Assembly: GCA_963840855.1 (NCBI GenBank)
Contig: CAWJBB010000066.1
Coordinates: forward strand, 25,746-89,745
Source of the DNA: an uncultured delta proteobacterium
GTDB lineage: Bacteria; Desulfobacterota; Binatia; UBA9968
Length of the DNA: 64,000 bases
Direction: 5' to 3'
How positions within the stretch are numbered: the first letter of the stretch is position 1; each line of letters begins with the position of its first letter. Positions 51,714 to 61,393 of the stretch are shown piece after piece. A program made the position numbers and the translations under genes. The notes under the pieces are model-generated. The model worked only from the letters and a program-made list of their open reading frames with translations, ran no database searches and was not told the DNA's origin.

Positions 51714-53192
51714 GTGAATGCCAACGTCATATTCAGAGCGTTATCGCTTCTCCTCAGCGCCCTGCTCTTTTACAGCTGCGTAACCGATATCGTTCCCGCT
51801 ACCGGAGAACAGCGCTATCTCGGCTTCACCTGGCAACAGGAAGCCGAGATCGGCAAGCAAGCTAGTAAAGAAGTCGCCGCTCTGTTCGGCGTTTACCGCG
51901 ATCCTAAAGTGGCGCGTTACGTCATGGAGGTCGGCAACCGCGTTCTTGCAACCAGCCACCTCCGGCGCCCTGGGATCGACGAGCAAATTCGCAAAACTCC
52001 GGTTACTTTCGGCGTGCTTGACAGTCCGGTCATCAACGCCATGGCCCTTCCCGGCGGATACATCTATGTCACCCGCGGGATGCTCGCCCATTTAAATAAC
52101 GAAGACCAACTCGCCACCGTCCTGGCGCACGAGATCGGCCACGTCGCCGCCCGCCACGCGGCGCGCCAGGCCTGGCAGCAACAAATCGGTCAAGGGCTTC
52201 TTCTCGGCGGCGCCCTTCTCGGCCAGGGGCTCGGACTGCCTGCCCAGGATCTGCTCAATCTCGGCGGCATGGCCGCGCAACTGATCTTTCTGCGCTACAG
52301 CCGTGAGGACGAATTGGAAGCCGATAAATTGGGCGCCGAGTACAGCTCAGCCGCCGGCTACGACCCGCGCGAGGCGATCGGTCTATTTCAGACCCTCAAT
52401 CGCATTCAGGAAAAAGAAGGACAGGGGATGCCGAGCTTTCTCGCTACCCATCCCAATCCGGGTGATCGCATTCAGCGCATTAGAGAATTGACAGGACCCT
52501 CTCGGGACAAGCGACCCCTGGCTGATTCGCGCTACCTGAATGCGATTGAAAGCCTGGTCCTCGGCGAAGATCCGCGCCATGGGTTCGTCGAGGGCAACGT
52601 CTTCTATCACCCGGATTTGCGCTTTCGCTTTCCCGTGCCGCGTGGATTCAAAGTCATCAACCAACCAACGCAGGTCATGATGGTCGAAAGCCAGAACCGC
52701 GCGGTTTTAGGCTTCACTTCGAGCGCCGATAAATCGGCGGAGTCTGCCGCTGCCAGATTCCTCAATCAGCCGGGACTGAGAGTCCTTGAACGCGGCCCCA
52801 TGCGGTCCGACGGTTTCCCGGCATTCGTCGTCCTCGCGGATGCGCAGAAGCAGAACGGCCAAGTCGTTAGGGTCATGGCTTACTTTATCGACTACCGGGG
52901 CAGCGTCTATCATTTTGTCGGATACACCGCGCCGCAGATGTTCGGAGGTTTTCGCAGCCTGTTTCTGCAATCCATGCAGGGGTTCGGCGAAGTCCGAGAT
53001 CCCCGCATCTTGAACAGAGAGCCGGTTCGCCTGGACCTGCAACCCGTCTCCCGACCGGCGCCATTTCGCGATTTGATTCCCAGGAGCTTGCCCGCGCCGT
53101 TCACGCCTGAAGACGCAGCGATTCTTAATCAGGTGGCGCTCAACCAGGAAATCGGCCCGGGAAGAATTCTCAAAATACCCGCCGCGCATTAA
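51714..53192 (+). CDS. M48 family zinc metalloprotease, probable lipoprotein
   Basis: NAMALPGG, LAHEIGH, YSREDELEAD and THP motifs; lipobox-like FYSC. Start is uncertain. Confidence 0.92.
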   Translation: MNANVIFRALSLLLSALLFYSCVTDIVPATGEQRYLGFTWQQEAEIGKQASKEVAALFGVYRDPKVARYVMEVGNRVLATSHLRRPGIDEQIRKTPVTFGVLDSPVINAMALPGGYIYVTRGMLAHLNNEDQLATVLAHEIGHVAARHAARQAWQQQIGQGLLLGGALLGQGLGLPAQDLLNLGGMAAQLIFLRYSREDELEADKLGAEYSSAAGYDPREAIGLFQTLNRIQEKEGQGMPSFLATHPNPGDRIQRIRELTGPSRDKRPLADSRYLNAIESLVLGEDPRHGFVEGNVFYHPDLRFRFPVPRGFKVINQPTQVMMVESQNRAVLGFTSSADKSAESAAARFLNQPGLRVLERGPMRSDGFPAFVVLADAQKQNGQVVRVMAYFIDYRGSVYHFVGYTAPQMFGGFRSLFLQSMQGFGEVRDPRILNREPVRLDLQPVSRPAPFRDLIPRSLPAPFTPEDAAILNQVALNQEIGPGRILKIPAAH

Positions 53193-53282
53193 AAATGCGT
53201 GGATCGAAGCGCAGTAAACCGCCGCCGAGCAGCATCTGTGGCCCCTTATTGATATTTTTGGAGTCGCATTGTTGACACGGCA

Positions 53283-53945
53283 CTATTGTCTCCAATGCGG
53301 CGGGTACGTGCGCTGGTAATTCGGCAGCGCTTCGATGCGCTGCACCCACCCGGCGACTTTGGGAAAGGTTTGCGCAAGCGGGAGCAAGCCTAAATTGAAC
53401 GGCTGGGCGGCTTCCTTGGACGCTGCGCGCAAGATCAGTTGGACCAATGGAAATACGCCGATGTCCGCGGCGGAGATCTTATCGCCAACCAGCCAATGCG
53501 AACCGGCCAAGCGCTCGTCGATCATCTTAAGCTCGTGGCGAAGCGTCTGCGCGGCCTGTTGGATCTCTTCGACGTTGTCCAATCCTTTGCCAAAGAAAAT
53601 CGGCCGAACGACTTTGTCGCCGGCGCTCACTATATAAGATTCACATTCGGCGAGCGCGCGCCAAATTAAACCGGTTTCCTCGGGCGTTTTGCCGAAGAGC
53701 GGCGGATCGGGGTATTTGCGATCGAGGTAACTCATGATTGCGAGCGACTCGTAGATGACGAAATCTCCATCTTTGAGAGTGGGTACTTTGCCGCGCGGGT
53801 TGAACTGAAGATAGGCCGGCGCTTTGTTTTCGCCTTTGGAAAATTCCAAGAGTTTGGATTCATACGCCAGCCCTTTCACTTCCAATGTCAACATAACCCG
53901 CCAAGCGAAGGGACTGCCGCTACCCCAGTAAAGCTCCATCGCCAT
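53283..53945 (-). CDS. Glutathione S-transferase family protein
   Basis: SPFAWRV, NPRGKVPTL, ESLAIMSYL and SAADI motifs. Confidence 0.93.
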   Translation of the reverse strand: MAMELYWGSGSPFAWRVMLTLEVKGLAYESKLLEFSKGENKAPAYLQFNPRGKVPTLKDGDFVIYESLAIMSYLDRKYPDPPLFGKTPEETGLIWRALAECESYIVSAGDKVVRPIFFGKGLDNVEEIQQAAQTLRHELKMIDERLAGSHWLVGDKISAADIGVFPLVQLILRAASKEAAQPFNLGLLPLAQTFPKVAGWVQRIEALPNYQRTYPPHWRQ

Positions 53946-54085
53946 GGTTCTCCCTCCTGCCTAATTTGACCGATTATTAATCCATCGGATGGTGTCAGTC
54001 CGGCTGCTTCGAGTTTTTCACGAGCGAAGCAGAAAGCCAAACGTGAGTCTCTAATTATTCGACCCGTTGGAGCGAGAATCGGTGC

Positions 54086-54613
54086 TCAGACGAGACCGAG
54101 TATGCCCGCCAGCGCGCCGGCCGCGAGCAGCCACAGCGGGTTCCATGGCTTGTACAGGGCCAGCGCTACGGTGACTAGTGTGATCAGGTACCCGCGCCAG
54201 TCGTGGTTCACCGCGCGCATCAGTATCGTCGCGCTCGCGAACATCAGTCCAATCGTAATCGGCGTCAGGCCGCGGCGAATGGCGACACCGATCGGGGCAT
54301 TGGGATAGCGTTCGTTGAAGTGCCCAACAATCAACGTAAGCGTGGTCGCCGGCACCAGCAGCGGGATCGTGGTCGCGGCTGCGCCCGCCCACCCCGCCAG
54401 GTGCCAGCCGATAAGTGTTACGTACATCACGTTCGGGCCGGGCGCCACCTGCGCCAACGTGTAGATCTCGGCAAACTGCGCGCTCGTCAACAGGTGGTGC
54501 ACCTCCACCACATAGCGGTGGATGTCCGGCAGGATCGTCGACGGACCGCCGATGGCCACGAACCAGAGGGCCAAAAAATGTAGAAACAGCGCGCCGAGGT
54601 CGAGGCGGTCCAT
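54086..54613 (-). CDS. Short-chain chromate transporter (CHR) subunit 2
   Basis: AIGGP and AQVAPGPN motifs; translationally coupled to the upstream subunit. Confidence 0.9.
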   Translation of the reverse strand: MDRLDLGALFLHFLALWFVAIGGPSTILPDIHRYVVEVHHLLTSAQFAEIYTLAQVAPGPNVMYVTLIGWHLAGWAGAAATTIPLLVPATTLTLIVGHFNERYPNAPIGVAIRRGLTPITIGLMFASATILMRAVNHDWRGYLITLVTVALALYKPWNPLWLLAAGALAGILGLV

Positions 54614-55161
54614 CACTCCGTTTCTTTCCAGGCCGCGAAGACGGCCCACGGCGCGAGGACGCTCATGACCCACAGGAGCGGCCAGCGCATGACGCCCACG
54701 CCCACAAAGGCCAGCATGCCGAAGATCCACGGCCGCCACCGCCGCGGCAACACCATCGCCAACTTGATGACGGTGGCGAGCAGCAGCCCCGCCGCCACGA
54801 TGGACATGCCGGCGAGCGCCCGCTGCACCTGCGGCAGGGCGCCGTAATGCTGGTAGAGTACGCCCATGCCGATGACCACCAGGCACGGCCATCCTAAGAA
54901 CCCGGCAACGGCCGCCGCGGCACCCGTCCAACCGGCGAAACGATAGCCGACCATCACCGTCAGGTTGAGTACGTTCGGCCCGGGCAGGAGTTGTCCGAGC
55001 GTTAACAAGTCGACAAACTCCCGCTCCGTGAGCCAGCGCTGCTGCTCGACCAGCCCGCGCCGCGCCCAGAACATCACGCCGCCGAAACCGGACAGGCTAA
55101 CCCGGGAAAAGGTGAGGAATAGCGCCAACCGGCTTATACGCGGCCTTTGTGATTGCTTCAT
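54613..55161 (-). CDS. Short-chain chromate transporter (CHR) subunit 1
   Basis: SGFGG, WLTEREF and GQLLPGPN motifs. Confidence 0.9.
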   Translation of the reverse strand: MKQSQRPRISRLALFLTFSRVSLSGFGGVMFWARRGLVEQQRWLTEREFVDLLTLGQLLPGPNVLNLTVMVGYRFAGWTGAAAAVAGFLGWPCLVVIGMGVLYQHYGALPQVQRALAGMSIVAAGLLLATVIKLAMVLPRRWRPWIFGMLAFVGVGVMRWPLLWVMSVLAPWAVFAAWKETE

Positions 55162-55224
55162 GGTTTCTTGTCTCAAAACATCATGACGAGCACCTTCGCC
55201 GCTCGATGATCTCCCTCGCTTTCC

Positions 55225-55330
55225 TCCGCAAATACGCATGATGACCGGAGTATTGATCGCTCGGGAGCTCTCACCATGCCCTTCCGCACCGGATTGAAAT
55301 GAATGTAGCGGATCAGTTCAAACAATACGA
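55225..55330 (-). pseudogene. Remnant of a REP-associated tyrosine (Y1/RAYT) transposase
   Basis: ELIRYIHFNPVRKGMV..PE, then in a shifted frame YSGHHAYL. Confidence 0.65.
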
Positions 55331-55623
55331 ATATTTCTGGCAGACCGACCCCAAGCACTGGTGCAATTTGGCTAGAACAATGGGCGGTTATCGGAGATGA
55401 GATCGAAATTGCTCATCAGGGGAGGCGTGAGGATGAATCTAAGTGGTTTACTTGCGTTCGTCTTCTTGATTCTCCCCTGACGGAGTACGCTCCGCCTCGT
55501 CCGGCAACGTTCACGACGAAGACTCTCAATCCACGCCGGGACCTCTCATGAAAAATGGAGATAAAGCCAATGCGCTGGCTTTATCGCTGGATCGGTTGTA
55601 TGGGAACACTTGGGTGGTAAAGA

Positions 55624-55878
55624 ATGGAGCTATCGCTCAAATCCATGATCATTGCCGGCGCTCTTTTCAAAACCATCGGCTTTCTTTTGATCTCACTGAT
55701 GAATCTCATCTTGCGTCCCTACGGTGGCGCCTACCTCGCATTGCTAAGTTCCCTCTATCCCGGCTATGACCCGGTGAGCGTGCCGATAGGCATAGTCGTC
55801 GGCACTCTTTATTCGCTCCTTGCCGGCGCGCTGGCCGGCCTCCTTTTCGGCTGGCTTTATAATTTGTTCGCAAAATGA
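55624..55878 (+). CDS. Small two-TM membrane protein
   Basis: Hydrophobic ORF with SLYPGY and GWLYN motifs. Confidence 0.7.
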   Translation: MELSLKSMIIAGALFKTIGFLLISLMNLILRPYGGAYLALLSSLYPGYDPVSVPIGIVVGTLYSLLAGALAGLLFGWLYNLFAK

Positions 55879-55984
55879 AGCTAGGCACAGCAATTCAATT
55901 CGCCCGTTCCGTTCGGTCAAACGGTAACCATTTTTTTCACCCCAATCAGTATTGAATGTGAATAGAGATGAACAGGAGGAACGG

Positions 55985-56920
55985 ATGACGGAGTCAAATA
56001 TCATACGTGGCGAAGCTTGGCCCAGTCTGCCTCTCGACGCATGGAGCGACACCTATGCAACGCTCCATATGTGGACACAGATCGTCGGCAAAGTTCGTCT
56101 AGCTCAGACTCCATGGACGAATCATTCCTGGCATGTAACGCTGTACGTGACGCCAAGGGGCCTCACCACCGGTTCGATTCCTTACGGCACGAGAGCGTTT
56201 CAAATCGACTTCGACTTTATCGCGCACGATCTCAAGATCCAGTGCGATGACGGCCGCGCCGCGGGTTTTCCACTCCAACCGCAGTCCGTCGCGGTTTTCT
56301 ACCGGCGGCTCGGAGAAGAAATGAAAAAGCTCGATCTCGAGGTGAAGATTTACCCCAAACCCAACGAGGTCCCGAACGCCATTCCTTTCGATCAGGACGA
56401 AGCTCACGCTTCATACGACGCGGAATACGCCAATCGCTTCTGGCGCGTGCTTTTGCAAAGCGATCGCATTTTTAGAAAATTCCGCGCGCGCTTCGTCGGC
56501 AAGTGCAGCCCGGTGCATTACTTCTGGGGCGCCCCCGACTTGGCCGTCACGCGATTCTCCGGGCGGCTCGCCCCGCCGCATCCCGGCGGCGTTCCCAATC
56601 TTCCGGATCGAGTTGCGCGAGAGGCCTACTCGCACGAGGTCAGTAGCTGCGGTTTTTGGCCGGGCGGCGGCGCCGTCGCCTACCCCGCGTACTATTCCTA
56701 CGCCTACCCGGAACCGGAAGGTTTTGCCCAAGCGCCAATCAAACCGGCGTCCGCGTTCTACAGCACGGATCTCCGGGAATTCATTCTGCGGTACGACGAA
56801 GTCCGCAATGCGCAATCGCCAGAAGATACTCTTCTCGATTTTCTGCAGACAACGTACGAAGCGGCGGCAGACCTGGCTAAATGGGACCGCGCATCACTCG
56901 AAGGGCTCAAGTATCTCTAG
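55985..56920 (+). CDS. DUF5996 family protein
   Basis: TLHMWTQIVGKVRL, NHSWHVTLY, SPVHYFWG.PDLAVTRFSG and EAYSHEVSSCGFWPG; GGAGG RBS. Confidence 0.85.
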   Translation: MTESNIIRGEAWPSLPLDAWSDTYATLHMWTQIVGKVRLAQTPWTNHSWHVTLYVTPRGLTTGSIPYGTRAFQIDFDFIAHDLKIQCDDGRAAGFPLQPQSVAVFYRRLGEEMKKLDLEVKIYPKPNEVPNAIPFDQDEAHASYDAEYANRFWRVLLQSDRIFRKFRARFVGKCSPVHYFWGAPDLAVTRFSGRLAPPHPGGVPNLPDRVAREAYSHEVSSCGFWPGGGAVAYPAYYSYAYPEPEGFAQAPIKPASAFYSTDLREFILRYDEVRNAQSPEDTLLDFLQTTYEAAADLAKWDRASLEGLKYL

Positions 56921-57042
56921 TAGGTCTGTTCAGGACTAACGTGGCAGACGGCGACCGCAAGTTAGTCGACCTAGGCAAGTCTGACACGCGGCTCCGGTGG
57001 CGGGGTCCAAGCGACAAAATTTTGAGCCAAAAGTCAAATATC

Positions 57043-57172
57043 GATTCTGCTGAAAAACTTAAGGAATGCTTCGACTAGGCTGAGCATGAATGGACAATCT
57101 CCCGTCATTTCAACTACTCCGCCGTTCGTCCAGGTTCTCGAAGGATGAAGCTGAGAGTCTTTCAGCAGAATC
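57043..57172. mobile_element. MITE-like element with 17-bp terminal inverted repeats enclosing a REP-like pair
   Basis: GATTCTGCTGAAAAACT ... AGTCTTTCAGCAGAATC (1 mismatch); internal cttcgactaggctgagcatgaatgg / ccgttcgtcc..tcgaag. Confidence 0.6.
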
Positions 57173-57225
57173 AAATATCTACAGCTGACCTGCGCAGTGC
57201 ATATGTTTTTAGTTGGAAGATCTGC

Positions 57226-57462
57226 TCACTTACTCGTAGCGTCCTTGGTTGCTTCCTTCACCGTTTTGGCCGCATCGCTAGCAACTGTTCCGGCCTTATC
57301 TGCGGCTTCCTTTGCAGTTTCCTTTACGCTGTCAACGGCTTTATCGACTTGCTTTCCGGCCCTTTCAGCCGTGCCCTCGCCACCCTTTTTCTCACAAGCA
57401 GCCAAGTTAAAACTCAGCAAGATTGCGGTCATCATCAGACCGCCTTTCCGGTAAATAGACAT
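57226..57462 (-). CDS. Small lipoprotein (Ala/Lys-rich, stress-protein-like)
   Basis: GAGGAGG RBS; lipobox LAAC; GTAERAGKQVDKA. Confidence 0.75.
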   Translation of the reverse strand: MSIYRKGGLMMTAILLSFNLAACEKKGGEGTAERAGKQVDKAVDSVKETAKEAADKAGTVASDAAKTVKEATKDATSK

Positions 57463-57557
57463 CGTGTTTCCTCCTCTTTTTATTTTTTGACGCCCTATGG
57501 GACTCCAAGAATGGGCTGCTCTTTCGAATCGTGGCACTTCAGTCAGCCGATGACGCA

Positions 57558-57701
57558 CTAGTGAGCTGTAACAATTGATTCGCGTCTAAGTTCGAAGAAC
57601 CCTTCGGCAAGCTCATGGTGAACGGTTAAGGCACAAGCCGTTCGTGGTGAGGCTCTCGAACCATGAACGGCAAACGCAATGTAGCTGTTACAGGTCACTA
57701 G
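57558..57701. mobile_element. MITE-like element with 16-bp terminal inverted repeats (CTAG ends) enclosing a REP-like pair
   Basis: CTAGTGAGCTGTAACA ... TGTTACAGGTCACTAG (1 mismatch); internal cccttcggcaagctcatggtgaacgg / ccgttcgtggtgaggctctcgaacc. Confidence 0.65.
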
Positions 57702-57893
57702 CGACGGGAAAGGGGGGCGGTCCGTTCGCGAAAGCTAAACAGCGTCCGACTGACGACGCAGAACAAACGCCATGCGTCCCTCAATATCACTTTTATGGCA
57801 CTGATGCTATTCTAAATTCCCTGAGGTGGCCATTTTTCCAGCATTACGATTTCCCTGATTTTAGCGTAACTTCCTTGCTTCGATTGGCGCAAG

Positions 57894-58205
57894 CTATAGC
57901 GGCTTGATTTGCACCTTGCGAAATTTCACGACGCCCGCGCTATACTGAAGCGCGATCCGTCCACTAGCATACTTACTGTCCTGACCTTCGGCTGTGCGGG
58001 TTCCGTTCAGCGTGGCGCTAAGTTGCGGGCCTTTAGCTGTGATCTCTAAGGTGTTCCATTGACCACCGGCTTTGAGCATAGGCGATGCCTTTGCCACATT
58101 GACTATGGCTCCCGTGCCGAAAGTTGGGTCGGGACGCTTGTCGTAAATATTCACCTCATACGCAGCTGCGGAGCCGATTTTCTGGGGATCGCCGCAGCCG
58201 ATGCG
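57894..58205 (-). pseudogene. 5'-truncated DUF1080 (3-keto-disaccharide hydrolase fold) gene
   Basis: YEVNI.D, GQWNTLEI and GRIALQ..VKFRKVQIK; the N-terminal half and signal peptide are missing. Confidence 0.7.
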
Positions 58206-58282
58206 GCCCACCCGGCATTTTCCAACCTGTTCGTGCAGACGGAATTTGCTGCCGAACTCGGTGCCCTCCTAGCTTAGCTAAG

Positions 58283-59684
58283 CTAGACCAGGGAGGGACG
58301 GAGACGGCGCCACGGCGTTGCTTGCTCATAGGCATGCGCGATGCGCAGGATCGTTGCTTCGTCAAAGACTTTGCCGGCGATTTGCATGGCGAGTGGCAGG
58401 CCCATCCGATCAAATCCGGTGCGGATGGAAATCGCCGGGTTGCCGGTTACGTTGAAGACCGCGGTCAGGTTTGGCCGCTGAAAAAAATGGGTGGGTTCGT
58501 CCGTGCTCGATTTTCGGCGCCGGACCGTAGGTGCAAAGCGTTACCATGGCGTCATAGCCCGCGAATAGCGTCTGCATCTCAGCGACCAATTTGGCGCGCT
58601 GACGTTGAGCCTGGATGTAGTCGACCGCCCGGATGAGCCCGCCGGGGACGGCGCGAAAGCGCAGGTTGGCACCATAATCTTGAAATCTTTCGAGCAGGTC
58701 CTTTTCGTGGACGGCAAAAAATTCCGCCTCGGAAATAATCACCTTACAGTCGTCGTAATCTTCCAGTTCCCGGAGTTTCACTTCCTCGAGCAGCGCGCCA
58801 AGTTTCGTAAGTTCTTGTAACGCGGCTTCGAATGCGCGCCGCGTTTCGTCTTCGGGAGGCAAGCGCGATTCATAAAAATGGCGGATAACACCGATCCGCA
58901 TTCCGTGAATTCCCATGTTCAGAGCGGTGGTATAATCGGGTACAGGAAGATTGGCACTGCCAGGATCGTCCCGGTCATAGCCGGCAATCGCCTGAAGCAT
59001 AATCGCGCAGTCCTCAGCAGTCCAAGCCATCGGCCCGCAGTGATCGAGGGAGAAAGAGTAAGGGATCACACCTTTTCGGCTGACCCTTCCATAGGTCGGC
59101 ATGAGCCCGGCGATGCCGCAGAAAGAAGCCGGGTTGCGAATAGATCCGCCGGTGTCCGTCCCCAGTGCTCCCATCACCAGTCCAGCGGCCACAGCGGCCG
59201 CCGAGCCCGTGCTCGAACCGCCGGTAAATCCATGGTCCGGGTTCCACGGGTTCCGTACCGGCGGCCAAGCCTGGTCCGGAGAAGGGCTGCCATGAGCAAA
59301 CTCTAAACAACCGAGCTTACCCAAAAAGACTGCGCCGGAATCTTTAAGGCGGCTCACGGCTGTCGCGTCCTCGGCGGGAATATAATCAATGAGAACCTTC
59401 GAATGGGCTGTAGTTCGTATGCCAGCAGTTTCGATTAGATCTTTCAAACCGATCGGTATGCCATGCATCGGGCCGCGATACCGGTTCGAGGCAATTTCTC
59501 TCTCGGCTGCCTTGGCTTGGCGCAGCGCTTCTTCGCGAGTCACTAAGATGAAACTATGAATCCGAGAGTCGATTGCTTCGATGCGCTCAAGGAAAGCGTT
59601 GGTTAATTCCACCGGCGACAATTGTTGCGATTTCAAGAGCGGCCCGGTTTCAGCGATGGATAGGTAGCAGAGTTCGCCAGTCAT
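58283..59684 (-). CDS. Amidase-signature enzyme (GatA/AtzE-like), +1 frameshift in an A7 run at 58481-58487
   Basis: [15 protein letters not shown] and [13 protein letters not shown] motifs. The shifted frame continues [33 protein letters not shown] to TAG 58283. Confidence 0.9.
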
Positions 59685-59689
59685 GGATT

Positions 59690-59884
59690 CTATCTCCGAA
59701 CAGGAAAGACACTGGCCGGCTCGTCGGCGCGTTTAAGATCCCTTCGCAGCCGGCGCGCCGCTGCCTCAAGTCGTGCGACCACGGCGCAACACCTCTCCAA
59801 CTGCTCGGGCGGGAGCGTGAGACCCGCACGCTTTAGCATCAGGGTGACTTCCTCCTCGGATGGTTGATGGGTGTCATCTGCCAT
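59690..59884 (-). CDS. Small GatC/AtzG-like protein
   Basis: 64 aa, AAGGAG RBS, C-terminal EPASVF; directly upstream of the amidase. Confidence 0.7.
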   Translation of the reverse strand: MADDTHQPSEEEVTLMLKRAGLTLPPEQLERCCAVVARLEAAARRLRRDLKRADEPASVFPVRR

Positions 59885-59966
59885 GGTTCATCTCCTTAGG
59901 GGATTTATTGCTTGTGACTCATTTTGGCGACTGTTGAGGGCATAAAGAAAGATTTGGACCTGCCGC

Positions 59967-61358
59967 TTAACCGGCAAAACCGGAGTCGAAGCCCTCGGGC
60001 ATCTCCAGATCAGGATGGTCCTTGAAGTAACCGAGCCAGATTTCCCGGCTCACGCGATCCGCCTCACGAATGACCTCTTCCTCGTCCATCGCCAGCACTT
60101 TGCCATCTCGCAGCAGCCAGTGTCCGTCGACCATGACCGATTCCACGTCGTGAGCCTGCCCTTGGTACACGAAAACGGCAACGGGGCGTAACGTCGGGAC
60201 CAGATGAGCCTGTCGTGTGCTTACGACGATCAAGTCCGCCTTGCTGCCAACCTGCAAGAATCCGCAGCCTTTTAAGTTCAAGGCACGGTAGCCGTTAACC
60301 GTCCCCCAAAGCATCGCGTCCTCGGGTCTCGGGCGATCACCCTCTTTCAGACGCAACCGCTCGATCAGCACCGCGCTGCGCAACACCTGCACTATGTCCT
60401 CGGTAAATTCGTCGGTGCCCAGTGCGATCCTGCAGCCAGAGGTCTCCAAGTCCGTAATGCGCGGACTGTTCCCCGAACGCGCCGCGACCACCGGATTGAA
60501 GCTGACTGAAGCTCCCGAAGCCCCGAGAATTTTTTCTTCTTCCGGCGTCATGCACCGGCAGTGAGCAGCAACGAGCCGTTCATTGAGAAATCCATGGCGA
60601 GCCAAGTATTCCGTGGGAAGCGTTCCGTAGCTGGTCTTGATCACCTCTACTTCGCCCCAATACTGATTCAGGTGGATGGTGGCGATGGTGTCGAGTTTTT
60701 CCCGCAAATCGCGCAACCTTTGCAAGAGCGCCGGGGAAACCATGTCCGGAGCGTGGGCCGCGACCGCGACGGTGATGCGGCCGTCTGCCGCGCCGTGCCA
60801 CTTGGCGTGAAGATCAAAAATCCGCTGTAAGCCCTTGTCGGCGAGTTCCGGATCGGCTTCGAAGACGCCCGGCTCGCCGACACGAACTCCCTTGGCTCGG
60901 TCCGATACTTGTTCGGCCAAGACAAGACGGAGTCCGGTTGCGACGATGGCTTCAGCGTAGTCCTCGATGTTGTTCGTGATATCCATGGCAGCGGTGGTGC
61001 CGCTGCGCAGAGCCTCGAGCGCGCCAAGGCGCGCCATGGCCGCGCGTTGTTCCGGGTTCAGTGGTGGAAATGGAACCCGCCCTTTCCGGGTGAAAGGAGG
61101 CCGGTTAGGAGCGTTTTGATCTTCGAAGATCCCACGCGCAAGGATTCTAACAAAGTGCGTGTGACAGTTGGCGAAACCAGGCATGACCAGCTTGCCTCGC
61201 CCATCGACGCCCTCTGCGTTCGGAAAACGCAACATGACCTGGTCGCTCGGACCAATGGCCGTGATCAGGTCGTTCTCGATGGCAATAGCAGCATTGAGGT
61301 GAATGGACGGGTCCCGATCTCCAGTCACGATGGTGGTGTGATGAATGACGGTGGTCAT
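59967..61358 (-). CDS. Metal-dependent amidohydrolase (MTA/SAH deaminase, AtzA/TrzA-like)
   Basis: PGFANCHTH, SGTT, HAPD, IHLNQ, AAHC, LGTD and GSKADL motifs. Confidence 0.9.
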   Translation of the reverse strand: MTTVIHHTTIVTGDRDPSIHLNAAIAIENDLITAIGPSDQVMLRFPNAEGVDGRGKLVMPGFANCHTHFVRILARGIFEDQNAPNRPPFTRKGRVPFPPLNPEQRAAMARLGALEALRSGTTAAMDITNNIEDYAEAIVATGLRLVLAEQVSDRAKGVRVGEPGVFEADPELADKGLQRIFDLHAKWHGAADGRITVAVAAHAPDMVSPALLQRLRDLREKLDTIATIHLNQYWGEVEVIKTSYGTLPTEYLARHGFLNERLVAAHCRCMTPEEEKILGASGASVSFNPVVAARSGNSPRITDLETSGCRIALGTDEFTEDIVQVLRSAVLIERLRLKEGDRPRPEDAMLWGTVNGYRALNLKGCGFLQVGSKADLIVVSTRQAHLVPTLRPVAVFVYQGQAHDVESVMVDGHWLLRDGKVLAMDEEEVIREADRVSREIWLGYFKDHPDLEMPEGFDSGFAG

Positions 61359-61393
61359 AGACGTCTCATCTCGACGATTTGAGGCGGGAGCAA

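Noticed and set aside
54614-54931. 281-aa version of the second chromate transporter ORF
   Set aside because: The extension overlaps subunit 1; the coupled ATG at 54613 is the likely start.
55876-55884. TGA-AGC-TAG at the end of the small membrane protein as a second Sec candidate
   Set aside because: There is no redox motif and no convincing SECIS hairpin; it is probably an ordinary stop.
58283-59884. gatC-gatA of the tRNA amidotransferase
   Set aside because: No gatB is adjacent, the context is catabolic, and the small protein is shorter than typical GatC.
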